A DNA stretch of 64,000 nucleotides. It comes from Antedon mediterranea (taxonomy: Eukaryota; Animalia; Echinodermata). Shown in pieces: positions 1 to 11,474 of the stretch; the stretch's first letter is position 1, and every line of letters begins with the position of its first letter. Below the pieces are notes generated by a model. It saw only the letters and a list, made by a program, of their open reading frames with translations, had not been told where the DNA came from and did not search any database. The position numbers were made by a program, and so were the translations under genes. Location: the NCBI RefSeq assembly GCF_964355755.1, contig NC_092670.1, positions 2,346,201-2,410,200 of the forward strand. Direction: 5' to 3'.

Positions 1-132
1 TAAAAATGTTAAAAAATTGTACTAAATTCATTAAAATAAATTCATTAATTGACAAATAAAATATCCAATATTATGTTTCTGTATGTAATATATTATTTGA
101 AGGTTTGCATGGCAAAATCAAATGTTGTTATA

Positions 133-311
133 AAGTTTGCAGTACACCATGTATATTTAGTTCTGAAAGAACTGTTGGGTTTCTGTACATTTCGATCAGT
201 ATACTTTGAGTGACATTCACTTCTGAGGACGATAAAAGTATATTGATCGAAACATTGAGAAACCCAACAGTTCTTTTCAGAACTATATATATGTGGTGTA
301 CTGCAAACTTT
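133..311. repeat. ~180-bp hairpin (inverted repeat) with a degenerate hammerhead core; Penelope-like relic
   Basis: aagtttgcagtacacca...gaactgttgggtttct is mirrored by agaaacccaacagttct...tggtgtactgcaaactt. The centre contains CTGAGGA-cgat..atcg-AAA. A paralog lies at ~39756-39945. Confidence 0.6.
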
Positions 312-684
312 CTGTATGTAATTTTTATAGGCCTTTTATTAAGATAATTTATTATAGGATTCTAATTATTTTATCAATGGTAATTAAAATTAATTAAGAA
401 AAGTACATTGTCAGACAATTTAATTTTTAGAAATGAAAGTGGAAAAGGATCTACAGAATATCAACGTTTCCGATGATTTCAGGTCCTGAATTTGCTTCCC
501 TAATGATTCTACGCGGCTTTTCCTTTCTTGATTGACAAGAAGAGTTGTGATAGTGACTTTTCAATTGCCATATATCTTGAAAGAAAACCTTATCAATTAG
601 TAAGAGGAGAATTTGGCACATGCCTCTTAAGATTTTCCTATTTCATTGAGTTTGTTTTGAGCGCAAAGCAACATTTTTGATTAC

Positions 685-948
685 CCTCATCCATTTTGCT
701 TTCTTTTGTTTTAGTTGATTGTGCTGGATTTTCCTTTGACTGTTCTTCTATTTTGTTTTCTTCCACATATTTCGTGGGAGCATTTTCATTGCCAAAAGCC
801 TTTTTTACTGATGCTGTTGCACCTTCTTCTTGTATCATACTATTCTTGTTATCAGAAGCATTTTCTGTTGATGCTGCTGTTGTATTTTGTTTTTCTTTCA
901 CTTGTTTCACCACTTCTCTGGCAACTGCTTCCTCATACATTTCAGAAG
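685..948 (-). CDS. ROCO paralog B, charged insert exon inside the Roc domain
   Basis: ag|CTTCTGAAATG...GATGAGG|gtaatc, phase 1-1. Encodes SEMYEEAVAREVVKQ...SKMDE. Paralog of 40914-41117. Confidence 0.75.
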
Positions 949-1219
949 CTTCAGCATAAAAGAAGTGTAATTTGCTTTTGTATATTATTGTCATGCTTGT
1001 ATATATACACAGTATTATTTTAAGAATGTTACTATCTTTTTTAAATAGGATAAGAATGGAAAAGTCTGGGACAAGGTCTTTGCACTCAAACGCAGGATTG
1101 GCTAGCATGAATAGCTAAAGCAAAAACAAAAACAACCAATCCTGTGCCTCTCTCTCTTTGGTGCTAATTTGGTTACCAATTTTGTATTTTGCATTCTTTT
1201 TTATTCTCATGTTACTTAC

Positions 1220-1323
1220 AAGTTTCTGGTGATTGTTCTTTCAAAATTGTTTCATTATCACCTTGAGTGTACACTGTTCTTGTTTCTGCTATACCATCAG
1301 TTACTTCATGGTTTGGATTAAAA
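1220..1323 (-). CDS. ROCO paralog B, Roc switch-I (G2) exon
   Basis: tag|TTTTAATCCAAAC...GAAACTT|gtaagt. Encodes FNPNHEVTDGIAETRTVYTQ. Paralog of 42309-42412. Confidence 0.8.
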
Positions 1324-1812
1324 CTACAGAAAAAATTAATAAACTAAATAATGGCCATACAGTATTTTTTGTTTTATTGTTTTATTATCATTGTCTGCCT
1401 ATATTTTAACGATTAAATGTAGTGCCCCAATGCAACCAATTGGTTGCAATGGCATTTATGTCATTAGTAAATTCCCTTAAATCCGTAATAATAAAAATGG
1501 CTAAACTGAGAGGAAATTATGTTTTTAAATATGCATTTAAAAATGCATATTGAATCTAAAATTTACACAGATATATACCCCGGGATTGAAGATAGAGTTT
1601 CAACTCAAAACAATCTCATTATACTTTTCATCTCATTTTCTGTAGATTGTTTTAAACAACATTCAAATCAAATAAAAAATAACATTTATTTCCAAAATAG
1701 TGGCATCACCAATAAAGCAAATGCTTGTGTCAGGGCTGCCAATACAAAACAGACAAAAACAAACAAAATATATAAATCACATTTAAATAAATAAATGTCA
1801 AGGTTTTCTTAC

Positions 1813-1972
1813 CGTTTCCTTAGTAAAGAGTTAATAGTAGAAGTTTTTCCTACTCCCTCTAGACCTACAAAAATAACTCTGCCCTGTTTAACTTCAGTTT
1901 TTCCTTCTTTCAGAGCTTCATTAAATGCATTAACTGCTTCTGGTCCTCGAGCCCATATCTCCACAGGTAAGT
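1813..1972 (-). CDS. ROCO paralog B, Roc P-loop exon
   Basis: tag|ACTTACCTGTGGAG...GGAAACG|gtaaga. Encodes LPVEIWARGPEA...RVIFVGLEGVGKTSTINSLL (GxxxxGKT). Confidence 0.85.
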
Positions 1973-2557
1973 CTATATACAAATTAATTAGTATAAAAAT
2001 GAATATTTTATTTCGTTGAAGGGAGAGAATAATTTCATATAATGACCGATTGACAGATTCATTAAATTCAAAGAAAATTAGGACAGTCAGGCTTTTCTCC
2101 TCATTTAATGAATGAATACTTAATAATTAATTATTTGTTTTATTTTATTGTTATAAAGTAAATTGTTACAGTATATGAACTTTAATTTTGTGATCATCAT
2201 CATCAACTTCAACTTCATCTAGGCCAATATAAAAGGATACTACAGCTCACTATGTCGGTCGGTTGGTCGGTTGGTTGTAGGTCGATCGATAAACAATAAC
2301 TTGAGCATGTGACTGCAGCCATCTATATGGCCTTGTTATATTTAACAACACATTTAGGATTGGACATTTAGTGTTTTTACAATGAAAATAATATTCTCCA
2401 TTGAACAAATTAAAACAACAAACAAATTATAACTCAGATTTTGGCTGCACTGAATAAATTATACATGTCTACATGCTCTATATGTTTGTTTTTGGTGGTG
2501 CAAAATATGGCAAAAATATATATGTGTAATAAATGCATTGTGTTCACTGTATTGTAT

Positions 2558-3199
2558 TGTAATATAATGTTGGGTTGTTGAGGTACTAATGAAGGACTCT
2601 GACTCGCTTGACTGTCGTAACACATATATTATTTATTCAGTATAATACTTCAGTACAATATACAACTATAAGTATAGATAAGGAACGGACGTCAATGATT
2701 GATGCTGTCAGTGAGGTGTGAAGTGTGTAGGTCTGCTGTGAGGTGTGTGCTCCGTGAGGTGGCTGTAAGGTGTGTGTTCCGTGGCGTGGTTGTAAGATGT
2801 GTGTTCCGTGGCGTGGTTGTAAGATGTGTCTGGGCCCTTCTGAAACTTGGGAGTATATTGGCTCAGTTCATTTGCATATGTCACTACGTAATATTAGAGG
2901 GTAACGATTGGTCCTAAGTTGGTCCAGGGGTGTTTAAGTGGGAGTGATTAACGGTATAATAAGGTATTTCTGTGATGGATGACACTGTCAAATCTGTACT
3001 TAAATAGTGTCGATCACTCGATGGGAAAGTCACAAAATTAAGCTAAGTGTTTTCTTTAGGGACTCTATTATAAACTAAATGGTCATTAAAACATCTGGAC
3101 AAACTCTCCTTCGGACTTTCTGGGTCAAGTTTGTGAACCTATTTAAATTCCGATACAAAGGTCAATTTCTTAAATATAACAGTATATCATTATATCACA
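2558..3199 (-). repeat. 3' LTR (642 bp)
   Basis: Matches 4808-5449 with no difference seen by eye. Contains an internal 27-bp tandem repeat (gtgtgttccgtggcgtggttgtaagat) and minus-strand AATAAA at 2632-2637. Confidence 0.93.
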
Positions 3200-3217
3200 T
3201 CCCTCTGTTTCCCTTTT
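3200..3217 (-). promoter_or_regulatory. Polypurine tract
   Basis: Minus strand AAAAGGGAAACAGAGGGA lies immediately before TGTGATAT of the 3' LTR. Confidence 0.85.
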
Positions 3218-3648
3218 TTTTTTTCTAATCTATTTAACATATAAAAATGGTTATAATAGTGGCATGCAAAATTAAAGTTATATAAAAGAAAAAAAACATT
3301 ATACATATATGCAAAAATTGAGTTAGCCAAAACCATTGACTCTGAAGTGTAACCTTATCACTTTCACTCTCTCTCTTCTCTCTCTTAAAAAAATGAAATT
3401 AAAAATGAATTTAGTATAAAAATTCCGGAATTTATATAAAATTTGAAACAAAAAATGTATATAAAAAAAACAAAAGTGTTCTTCAAGATCGACATAATTG
3501 TGGGTCCGTTGCTTTGGAGGCATGCTACACTCGGATTACCGAAATATAAACATCACAACGGTTGGGTTTCCCTAAAAAACATCGGTCAAGAAGTCGACTC
3601 TCGTTAATTATTTTAAATAGAAAAAAATTTATAAAGGATAAATTGAAA

Positions 3649-4533
3649 TCAATCGGTGGGTTTATATAATAATCGATAAAAACGGAATGCACTCCACGGT
3701 ATGTCCAACATGTAGGTAGTGGTGTAAGGGATCTCATTCAAATATACCATACCGCAATTCAAGCATTGGTATTTCTTGTTGAGGGATATTTGTTGGCAAT
3801 TTTTGTGAAAAAATGTTCCGCAGCATTTGTTGATTGTACAGTCAGTATGAAAGTTTTTAATTTCGGGGTTACATTGACAAATTTGGCAGGGGGTATCTTG
3901 GTATTTATTTTCCAGGTACTGCATGTTACGAATGTGCGAATATAGTTTTTTCTTATATTTAGTTACAACATATCCAAATGGTGAGTGTTCGCTAGGTTTT
4001 AATTCGTCTTGGGGTATGATGCCTGTTTGTTGTCGGACTCTTGAAAAAAATGCTGTGCATTGTGGGGCTTTGATGTCTTTTGTAATTGCTAAGAGCAGGA
4101 GGGTCATAGAATAAATATGTTGTCTGTGAAATTCATGTGTGTTTGGTATACAAGTGGCGATGCCGTCTAGATTAATGGAAAGGTCGATTGTGGAAAAGTC
4201 AAGTAGGGCTGGTTCACTCTTATGCTTCCAAATGTAGTCTATAATGGGGGAGGACATTTTGTCGAAACAACATAAATAACTGTCAATGTGTAAAAGGGTA
4301 TTTAATTTGAGGTTAGTCAGTTGGTCTACTGGACGGATGTCGCAAAGGAATAATAAAACTCTTTTCAAGGAATCTAAAGTAAATGGCATCATTTTGGTAA
4401 TATGGAGAATTACGTTTTGTTCGCTTTGGTAAAGGATTATCTTCTTTATAAGGGCACATTCTGTGGACAGGGGCGTCATTTGAATTTTGTGTTTTAAGCA
4501 TAACTGTGTAACGTCAAGCTTTTCGGATTCCAT
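3649..4533 (-). CDS. 294-aa protein with a C-terminal C4HC3 RING-variant/PHD-like zinc finger
   Basis: Intact, intronless ORF with AAAATGG start context. C-terminal motif CQIC...CCGTFFHKNC...CLNC. No RT, integrase, protease or CCHC-gag motifs. TATAAATA ~200 bp upstream (4733-4740, minus). Confidence 0.8.
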   Translation of the reverse strand: MESEKLDVTQLCLKHKIQMTPLSTECALIKKIILYQSEQNVILHITKMMPFTLDSLKRVLLFLCDIRPVDQLTNLKLNTLLHIDSYLCCFDKMSSPIIDYIWKHKSEPALLDFSTIDLSINLDGIATCIPNTHEFHRQHIYSMTLLLLAITKDIKAPQCTAFFSRVRQQTGIIPQDELKPSEHSPFGYVVTKYKKKLYSHIRNMQYLENKYQDTPCQICQCNPEIKNFHTDCTINKCCGTFFHKNCQQISLNKKYQCLNCGMVYLNEIPYTTTYMLDIPWSAFRFYRLLYKPTD

Positions 4534-4789
4534 TTTAGGGGGAAATTTGGAATTGACTAAAATTAAGATAAATAAAATTAAAATGTATTTAAAATAAACA
4601 ATATTAAACTAAATAAACGATATAAAACTCAAACAATAAAATTTCAAGTTCAACTATTATAACAATCTCACAAAAGTAAATTAACTTATAATTCGACAGT
4701 AAATACTGTATATTTGATACGCTCGTGCGACTTATTTATAGTCTGCCCATCCGGTTGTTTATATATATAGCTCGTAATTGACTCTACTC

Positions 4790-4807
4790 CGCCCGGGTCT
4801 TCCACCA
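4790..4807 (-). promoter_or_regulatory. Primer binding site
   Basis: TGGTGGAAGACCCGGGCG directly follows the 5' LTR and is complementary to a tRNA 3' end ...UCCACCA (Ala-like; identity uncertain). Confidence 0.8.
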
Positions 4808-5449
4808 TGTAATATAATGTTGGGTTGTTGAGGTACTAATGAAGGACTCTGACTCGCTTGACTGTCGTAACACATATATTATTTATTCAGTATAATACTT
4901 CAGTACAATATACAACTATAAGTATAGATAAGGAACGGACGTCAATGATTGATGCTGTCAGTGAGGTGTGAAGTGTGTAGGTCTGCTGTGAGGTGTGTGC
5001 TCCGTGAGGTGGCTGTAAGGTGTGTGTTCCGTGGCGTGGTTGTAAGATGTGTGTTCCGTGGCGTGGTTGTAAGATGTGTCTGGGCCCTTCTGAAACTTGG
5101 GAGTATATTGGCTCAGTTCATTTGCATATGTCACTACGTAATATTAGAGGGTAACGATTGGTCCTAAGTTGGTCCAGGGGTGTTTAAGTGGGAGTGATTA
5201 ACGGTATAATAAGGTATTTCTGTGATGGATGACACTGTCAAATCTGTACTTAAATAGTGTCGATCACTCGATGGGAAAGTCACAAAATTAAGCTAAGTGT
5301 TTTCTTTAGGGACTCTATTATAAACTAAATGGTCATTAAAACATCTGGACAAACTCTCCTTCGGACTTTCTGGGTCAAGTTTGTGAACCTATTTAAATTC
5401 CGATACAAAGGTCAATTTCTTAAATATAACAGTATATCATTATATCACA
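4808..5449 (-). repeat. 5' LTR (642 bp)
   Basis: Direct repeat of 2558-3199, offset 2250. Confidence 0.93.
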
Positions 5450-5909
5450 GTATTATTCTTTCCTTTTTGGTAATGAATGTAAACAATTAAATTGGTCAAA
5501 AACTTAACAAAATAAAAATGCTTTACATAATTTCATTTTAGCTGTCAAATAGAAGAAAGCATGCTCCAAGTACAACACTCATAGATCCACCACAGAGGGA
5601 CACATTTCTTTAAAATATTGAAATTCTTTCAAATATTGGATTGTATATAAGGACAGTGACTACTTGTTTTGGTCTCTATGACCAAATGTTTTTTTTTTAT
5701 TTGTTTAGTCTATGTGCATATGTTAATGTGTGATTTTGGTCAAAATAAATGTTGACTTGAAATGAAATACATCCCTTGCTCATGCCACTGCTCCTCGGAA
5801 CTGTGCTTTTCAATATAATAATATTTTTATTACAATACATTGCCTGTTAGATTTAAATTTAGTATGTCAAGTATCAACAGTCTGAAAATAATAAATATAA
5901 CATAAATAA

Positions 5910-7945
5910 TCACAATAACTTACTATCAATATTGCTTTGCCCTGGTAATTGTAATCCTCCTCCATCGTGGAAAAACGATATGTTTCTAATTGAACACTTT
6001 TCGGAAACATGGCGGATGCTGTCAGCTGATAGATTGCAATCCATCGTAAGCGTCCTCAGCTTAGGAGACATATTGAGTAATGAACTCAGTGAAGTAACAT
6101 CAAGGTTGTGAAGGTTACTACCAGAGATATCGAGATGATATAATTGTAATTGAACTTGTTTGAGGGAACATTCTGAGACAAAGTCATAAAATACATCACG
6201 TGATAGATTATGAATCCAAACACCGTCACATCTATCTTGAATGCCTAAAATGTGTGCAATAACTCTTCCCTTTCGCTCAAATGCCATCTTACTACAAAAG
6301 TAACTGATACCAAAATCATCATATTGCATACAATACAATTGCATAATTAGACGTATGAAATGCCCGTCACATTGTACACCTGGACTAATGTAATCAATGA
6401 ACATTCTTATGGAGGTAGATATATCATCCAAATGATTATTTATTTCTAAATCTTTACTTGTCATGTAATTTATTAATTCATTCATAACAGCATCTTTATG
6501 TTGTTTTTTAACAACGTTTAAATAACTTGGCAGATAGCAATATGTTGACAAACGATTTGTAACCCAGTGCTTCAGGAAACCACCAGCTTTATCACCAAGG
6601 AAACCAATTGCAAATTCTCTTGCTCTGTGTAAATGATCACTCTCTCGTATCACCTCCCACTCATCATCATCCAATGGTGTTAGTAATCGTCTTACATCTT
6701 CTGTATTCTCCTTACCTTCACTTTCACATAATTTGCACAAGTAAAATCCCACCAATGACTCTACTATCAACTTGTGAGGAGGCATGAAAATATTTTCAAA
6801 GTTAGATTTTGAAATTGGTGCTTCTTCATAAACAAATCCGAGTTTCACGGACATATCAACCAAATCTTTTTTCGTATGTTTATCATTCAAATCTCTCATG
6901 TTTATTGAAAGTTGATTCACTTTCAAGCGATCATACATACATTTTCCTAGCAATATCATAGCATTTACATACTTTGCTGGTGGGTTTTCAAATTTAGAAA
7001 GCTTTGCGAATTGTTCATGTTTGTTGAACTGATTTAAAATGTTACGAAATATTTCTTTAAAAAGTTCAGCTTTATCTGTAGGAAGGTTTTGGCTGTCTTG
7101 CCATAGCAAACAGATTGAACAAAGCAGCATTGGATTTTTGCACATTGAATATACGTCTTCATGTTTACGTTCTCGCCTATACCTATGCTGAGTATCGCCT
7201 ATGAAAATATCCAATTCCTTTTTTAAGGATTTTCCCAATTGTGGTTCTTCAAAATATTCGAAGTGTTTGTCAATATACTTTCCTATGCTCTCGTTGTTAA
7301 ATCCCTTAACTCTTACATGTACGTTACTCTCTTTTACAAATTCATCTATGTTTTCTGATCGTGAAGTAAGTATCACGGTACTTTCTTCTAGGTTTTTCTT
7401 TTTGAACAGACTAATTACGCTTGGATTATTAAATCTCAATTCGTCTAACCCATCTAGTAGCAACACCACTTTATCATCATGGGTTATTAGAAAATCTTGA
7501 ATTAACCGTGGGTCCTCTGGGAGATCTGTATCTAAATTAAAATCTTCCATATCAATTTGCTTTACAATTTGATCGAAAATGTTGTCATCCTTTTCTAAAT
7601 CCCTTACACTTAAAAGAAATACAATTTTACCTTCAAATAATTTAATTGATTGAGTAGCCGTAGCCCAGGTGTATGATAAATGCCTTAATATGGTAGTTTT
7701 ACCTATCCCACCCTCTCCATCTATAAGAGCTCTACATCCAGGTGTGGAGCTGATTACATCTACCACTTCTGTTAATGTTGTTGGTTTGCTTCCTTTATTC
7801 TTTTTAGCTTCTTTACGTAGTTCCATATCGGTAAACATCTGTGAAATGTCAACATTGTATCTCTCACGCATTATTGCTGGTGTAAATCTACTGGCCTGAC
7901 TGCACAGTCTCTTTTGTCTTTGAAGCAGATATTCTTCTATCTTTT
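5910..7945 (-). CDS. NLR-type NACHT NTPase + helical/winged-helix + ~2 LRR (large single exon)
   Basis: Walker A GEGGIGKTT, Walker B VVLLLDGLDEL, sensor-1 VILTSR, CKNPMLL (GxP-equivalent), WHD PHKLIVESLVGFY, LRR-like LYHLDISGSNL / LRTLTMDCNL. Phase-1 acceptor tttag|AAAAG at 7945. Ends either at stop 5910 or at donor GTAAGT (exon end 5924). Confidence 0.92.
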
Positions 7946-8544
7946 CTAAATATAAAGATTTTTAGCTTGATTAAACTATATAAAGTTTTATTAATATATT
8001 ATTACATTTATTTATTATGTGGTATTTCATAAAATTGTTGAATGTTTTGCATTCCTCTAATTATTTTTATGTTTTATTTTTGTATTAATTAAAATTATCT
8101 AACTTTATTGTTATAATGGTTTTTGTCACGCAATCATAATTAAGCTTCATATAGTGAGTGTGACCCAATATAATTTATGATAGATTATGGTAATAATTTT
8201 CAGAATATGAAACTTTAATTTGAAAAATATGCTCAACAGAGGGCAGCAAACAGAAAAATATAATTATCACAAAGGATTTTTATGACAATAGAAATTAAGT
8301 TGCACTTAGTTTTAAAGTAAAAAAATAAAATAACATCCAATACTGATAAAATAGTTCAGAAACCTTATAATTGTGTACAAAGCAATTATTGTAGCAGCTT
8401 GATTGGCCGGCTTAGAAATTCAATGATTATATTGTATAATTATTGTTGCAGTTGATTTATTTTTGACAATCAGGGGATTCAATAACTGAATTATAAAATG
8501 GATCTGATTTGCATTATTATGGTAAACATTACAAGTAAACTCAC

Positions 8545-8592
8545 CTGTTTCTGATTTAACCTCTTTGTTCATTGGTATCACTGGCTTTGAGT
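8545..8592 (-). CDS. 48-nt phase 1-1 linker micro-exon upstream of NACHT
   Basis: aacag|ACTCAAAG...GAAACAG|gtgagt. Encodes DSKPVIPMNKEVKSET, in frame with the NACHT exon. Confidence 0.65.
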
Positions 8593-9060
8593 CTGTTTAA
8601 TAAGCAAATGACAAGAACTGAATTTTTACAATTCTACAGTACCTCAAGAAAACCAATGCTTATAAAGGCATAAATTAAGCATAAAAGTTAAGAAATATAA
8701 TTCAATAATGTATGTGCAATATAAATGATAGTTTGTGTGAATAGTACATAATGAATAGTAAATCTTATTCATCTCCAAAAATTTATTTTAAAACTTGAAA
8801 TAGTAAATTTATTTTCTCTTACCTGCCATGTTGTCAACTTTTTAGGTCTTTGTTTCTAAAAACAAGTATTAGAGGATTAAAAAAAAAACAACTTAATTAT
8901 AAAGTCACATATTTTGCATTCCCAAAATTAATTAAAAAGATGAAAGGGGTGTGAACTTGAACATAATTAATAATATTGAAAAATAGCCAGGACAAGTTTT
9001 TAAATTGATAGTTGAATTATTTGTAAATATGTCAATATAATATATATATATATCAATACT

Positions 9061-9098
9061 TGCACTGATGAAGTGCTAGTGTTGCCCGAAAGCTCTGC
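9061..9098 (+). ncRNA. Minimal type-I hammerhead ribozyme-like motif (Penelope-type, possibly degenerate)
   Basis: tgca-CTGATGA-agtgc-tagtgtt-gccc-GAAA-gctc-tgc: conserved cores, stem I gca/tgc, palindromic AGCT helix III. Confidence 0.5.
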
Positions 9099-10094
9099 TA
9101 ACTTTTCTGGCTGTTTACTTTATCGTTTTGATTTAGCTTTTCGCTTTTTATTTTTGTATCTCCATTGAGATCCAGCCACTGATACCCACAGCATTGTCAT
9201 TTTTTTCAGTAATTTGCCTTTGGATTTATATATCAATACTAATATATTAAATGAAGAACACACATCACCAACTATTTTAATACAAGCCCGGATAGCCAGG
9301 ATTTTTACAGGGGATTCTTTTTTCCACAAAATAAGCCAAAATGGTTTTGAGGTAAGCTATAGTTAGGTCTATTTATACTGTTGATCTCTAGTTTTAAAAG
9401 GCCAGCTTTCACATCAAAACCTCAAACACCTCCACCTACGGGATTGCAATACTGAATTGTTCATTCAAATTTCATTATATCAATAGTACAGGATAAATCA
9501 TGCAATTAAAAATATCTTTTTAACAAACAATTATATAGATAAATAGATCTCAAAAAAGCTCATTTAATTAATTGAAATATAAAAATTAATGCAGACAGGT
9601 ATGCCTTCTTTTATAATCATGCTCAAGAAATAACATAATTTTTGAATAAAAATGAATTTTATCTAGAGTAGCTGAGCAAAAACTAAAAGTATATTAGAAA
9701 TTTAAAATAAAAAAACAAATAAAAATTGTGTAACTACCCTTAATTTCTTTGTATAGGCTACTACCAGAGCGTAATAATAACCTACTTCAGGGTGCTTTAT
9801 GGCTACCATTCAAATGCATATTTACACAAAACACAAAGTCAATATGATGTTCAAACATAAAATTGCCAAACTACATTAGTGATTATGTATGAAACTAAAG
9901 TCAAATCCATTGGAATTATTAAAAGACAGTAGTTTTTGTTAATCAGTCACATTTATTTATTATTTAATTATTAGTGATGTGGATGCGACTCCTTTCTCCC
10001 ACGTCCCACCTTTGAATAGTGGAAAAGAAAGAACAAAAAAATCAAACAAAAATGTATTATCGCTTGAAAATCTGTCTATTGTCCTCGCTGGTAA

Positions 10095-10429
10095 AGATGT
10101 ACGTATTGTCCCCCAAAAACATGAAAAATGAAGATTAATTAAATCAGACTTTGAATGATGTTATTTTGTAGTTTTAATAAAATTCACTTCCGTAGGAAAA
10201 AAAACGGAAAAAAATAATGTTTTCACTTATAAAATGACAAAAATAAATGGTTAAATTCAACCAAAAACTGCAGCCAATTTTAACATATTTTGGCTTTAAA
10301 TTACAGTTTTTTCAGGTAAATATATTTTTTTTCGATCCAGTTTTTGGTCAAAGTGAATAACTTTTATGTTACATTAAAATGGCATATTCAATAAAAAATT
10401 TGTTAAGAGTTATTTTTCATAATACATCT
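10095..10429. mobile_element. Short internally deleted copy of the Kolobok-like element
   Basis: Both ends match 25030-25180 and 27490-27636 (tattgtcccccaaaaacatgaaaaatgaagat; aatacatct-ttaa). Confidence 0.65.
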
Positions 10430-11474
10430 TTAATAGGTCAATGGTTCAGGATATTAAATATTGCATACAAATTATAATGTCCATGTGCATTTCCTATATG
10501 TTATTCATTGGGTACCAAAGATTCAGTCAATTGATTGACTTTGTAGTGCATTATATGATTTTAAAACCAAAATAATAAATGCGTTGATTGTTTAATGTTT
10601 GTTTTTTGTTTCATTTCAGAGAGAAATAACGATGCAAATAAAATAAAAAACTATGAAAATACTTTTTTAAAAAGGGCCTAAACATTGCCGAAAATTATCA
10701 TTTTTTTGCCATGTGAACAAATGTCAACAAAAATACAACCTCTGTTGGTGAATGCATAAATTACAAATATTTTCAAAATAATAATTGCATATAATTACGT
10801 GTATAATAATAATAATAATCATAATGTATGATTAAAATATAAACCAAACTTGAATTTACCTACTCCCCTCATCATCTTTAAACACTGTGTGCCATGGTTT
10901 GTAATAAAAACCACTAATAGCTTATTCAATTAAGTATTTAAATATATTGTTGTAGATAATGCTATTCTTATGATCAAAGATTGATTTGAATAAAAACGAA
11001 AATAGACTTCCTTTTGTAGGCCTATATCAAATAGTGCAACTAGTTACATCACATCATCAAAAACAGTGTATCATAAAATAACTACTAAAAAATCATTTTA
11101 ACATTTTAGTAACTAACCTTAATTTCTTTGTGGTATTACAGAGAAATTAGTACCTGTTTCCTCCTAATGGAAGGGTCAGTCAGTCATATACTGTAAGGTG
11201 ATATAAGGTGTGGCTGCAGACTATGCATATTGATTTTATTCAATTTTTTGATGCCTAAAATCACTCAGCCATGAACTTAGTTATAATAACAATACAATGC
11301 TGTTTATATACAATTTCTATTGGACCCTGCAAATATGAACTGCCAGAGAAGTATTAATTTATAAGAAATTTACTGCTGAACTAATAAATTCCAATTTCAT
11401 CAAAAGAAGCTGTTTTGTTTTTTAAATGTTTCCTCAGTTTATGCTATATTATCTCAGCCTATTATGTCTAAATT

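Larger units (their letters stand above)
1..990. repeat. Segmental paralogy with ~39630-41150 (ROCO gene duplication)
   Basis: Long near-identical intron blocks (1-660 vs 39630-40310) and exon (685-948 vs 40914-41117). Confidence 0.9.
2558..5449 (-). mobile_element. Complete non-autonomous LTR retroelement with a single cargo ORF
   Basis: Two 642-bp direct repeats with TG...CA ends and 14-bp imperfect terminal IRs (TGTAATATAATGTT / TGTGATATAATGAT). 4-bp TSD GTAT at 2554-2557 and 5450-5453. PBS and PPT are correctly placed for minus orientation. Confidence 0.93.

Noticed and set aside
638-1108. 156-aa stand-alone ORF
   Set aside because: Only 685-948 is conserved with the paralog and bounded by splice sites. 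The rest is intron read-through.
2699-2917. 72-aa ORF duplicated at 4949-5167
   Set aside because: Lies inside the LTRs, antisense to the element, starts at TTG and arises from the 27-bp tandem repeat.
7201-7899. Plus-strand ORFs over the NACHT exon (and similar ones over Roc, DD and DED exons)
   Set aside because: Antisense shadows of real coding exons, with no motifs.
8823-8855. 33-nt micro-exon of the NLR
   Set aside because: It has good splice signals but is open only in phase 0. There is a stop in the phase-1 frame used by its neighbours, so it was not included.
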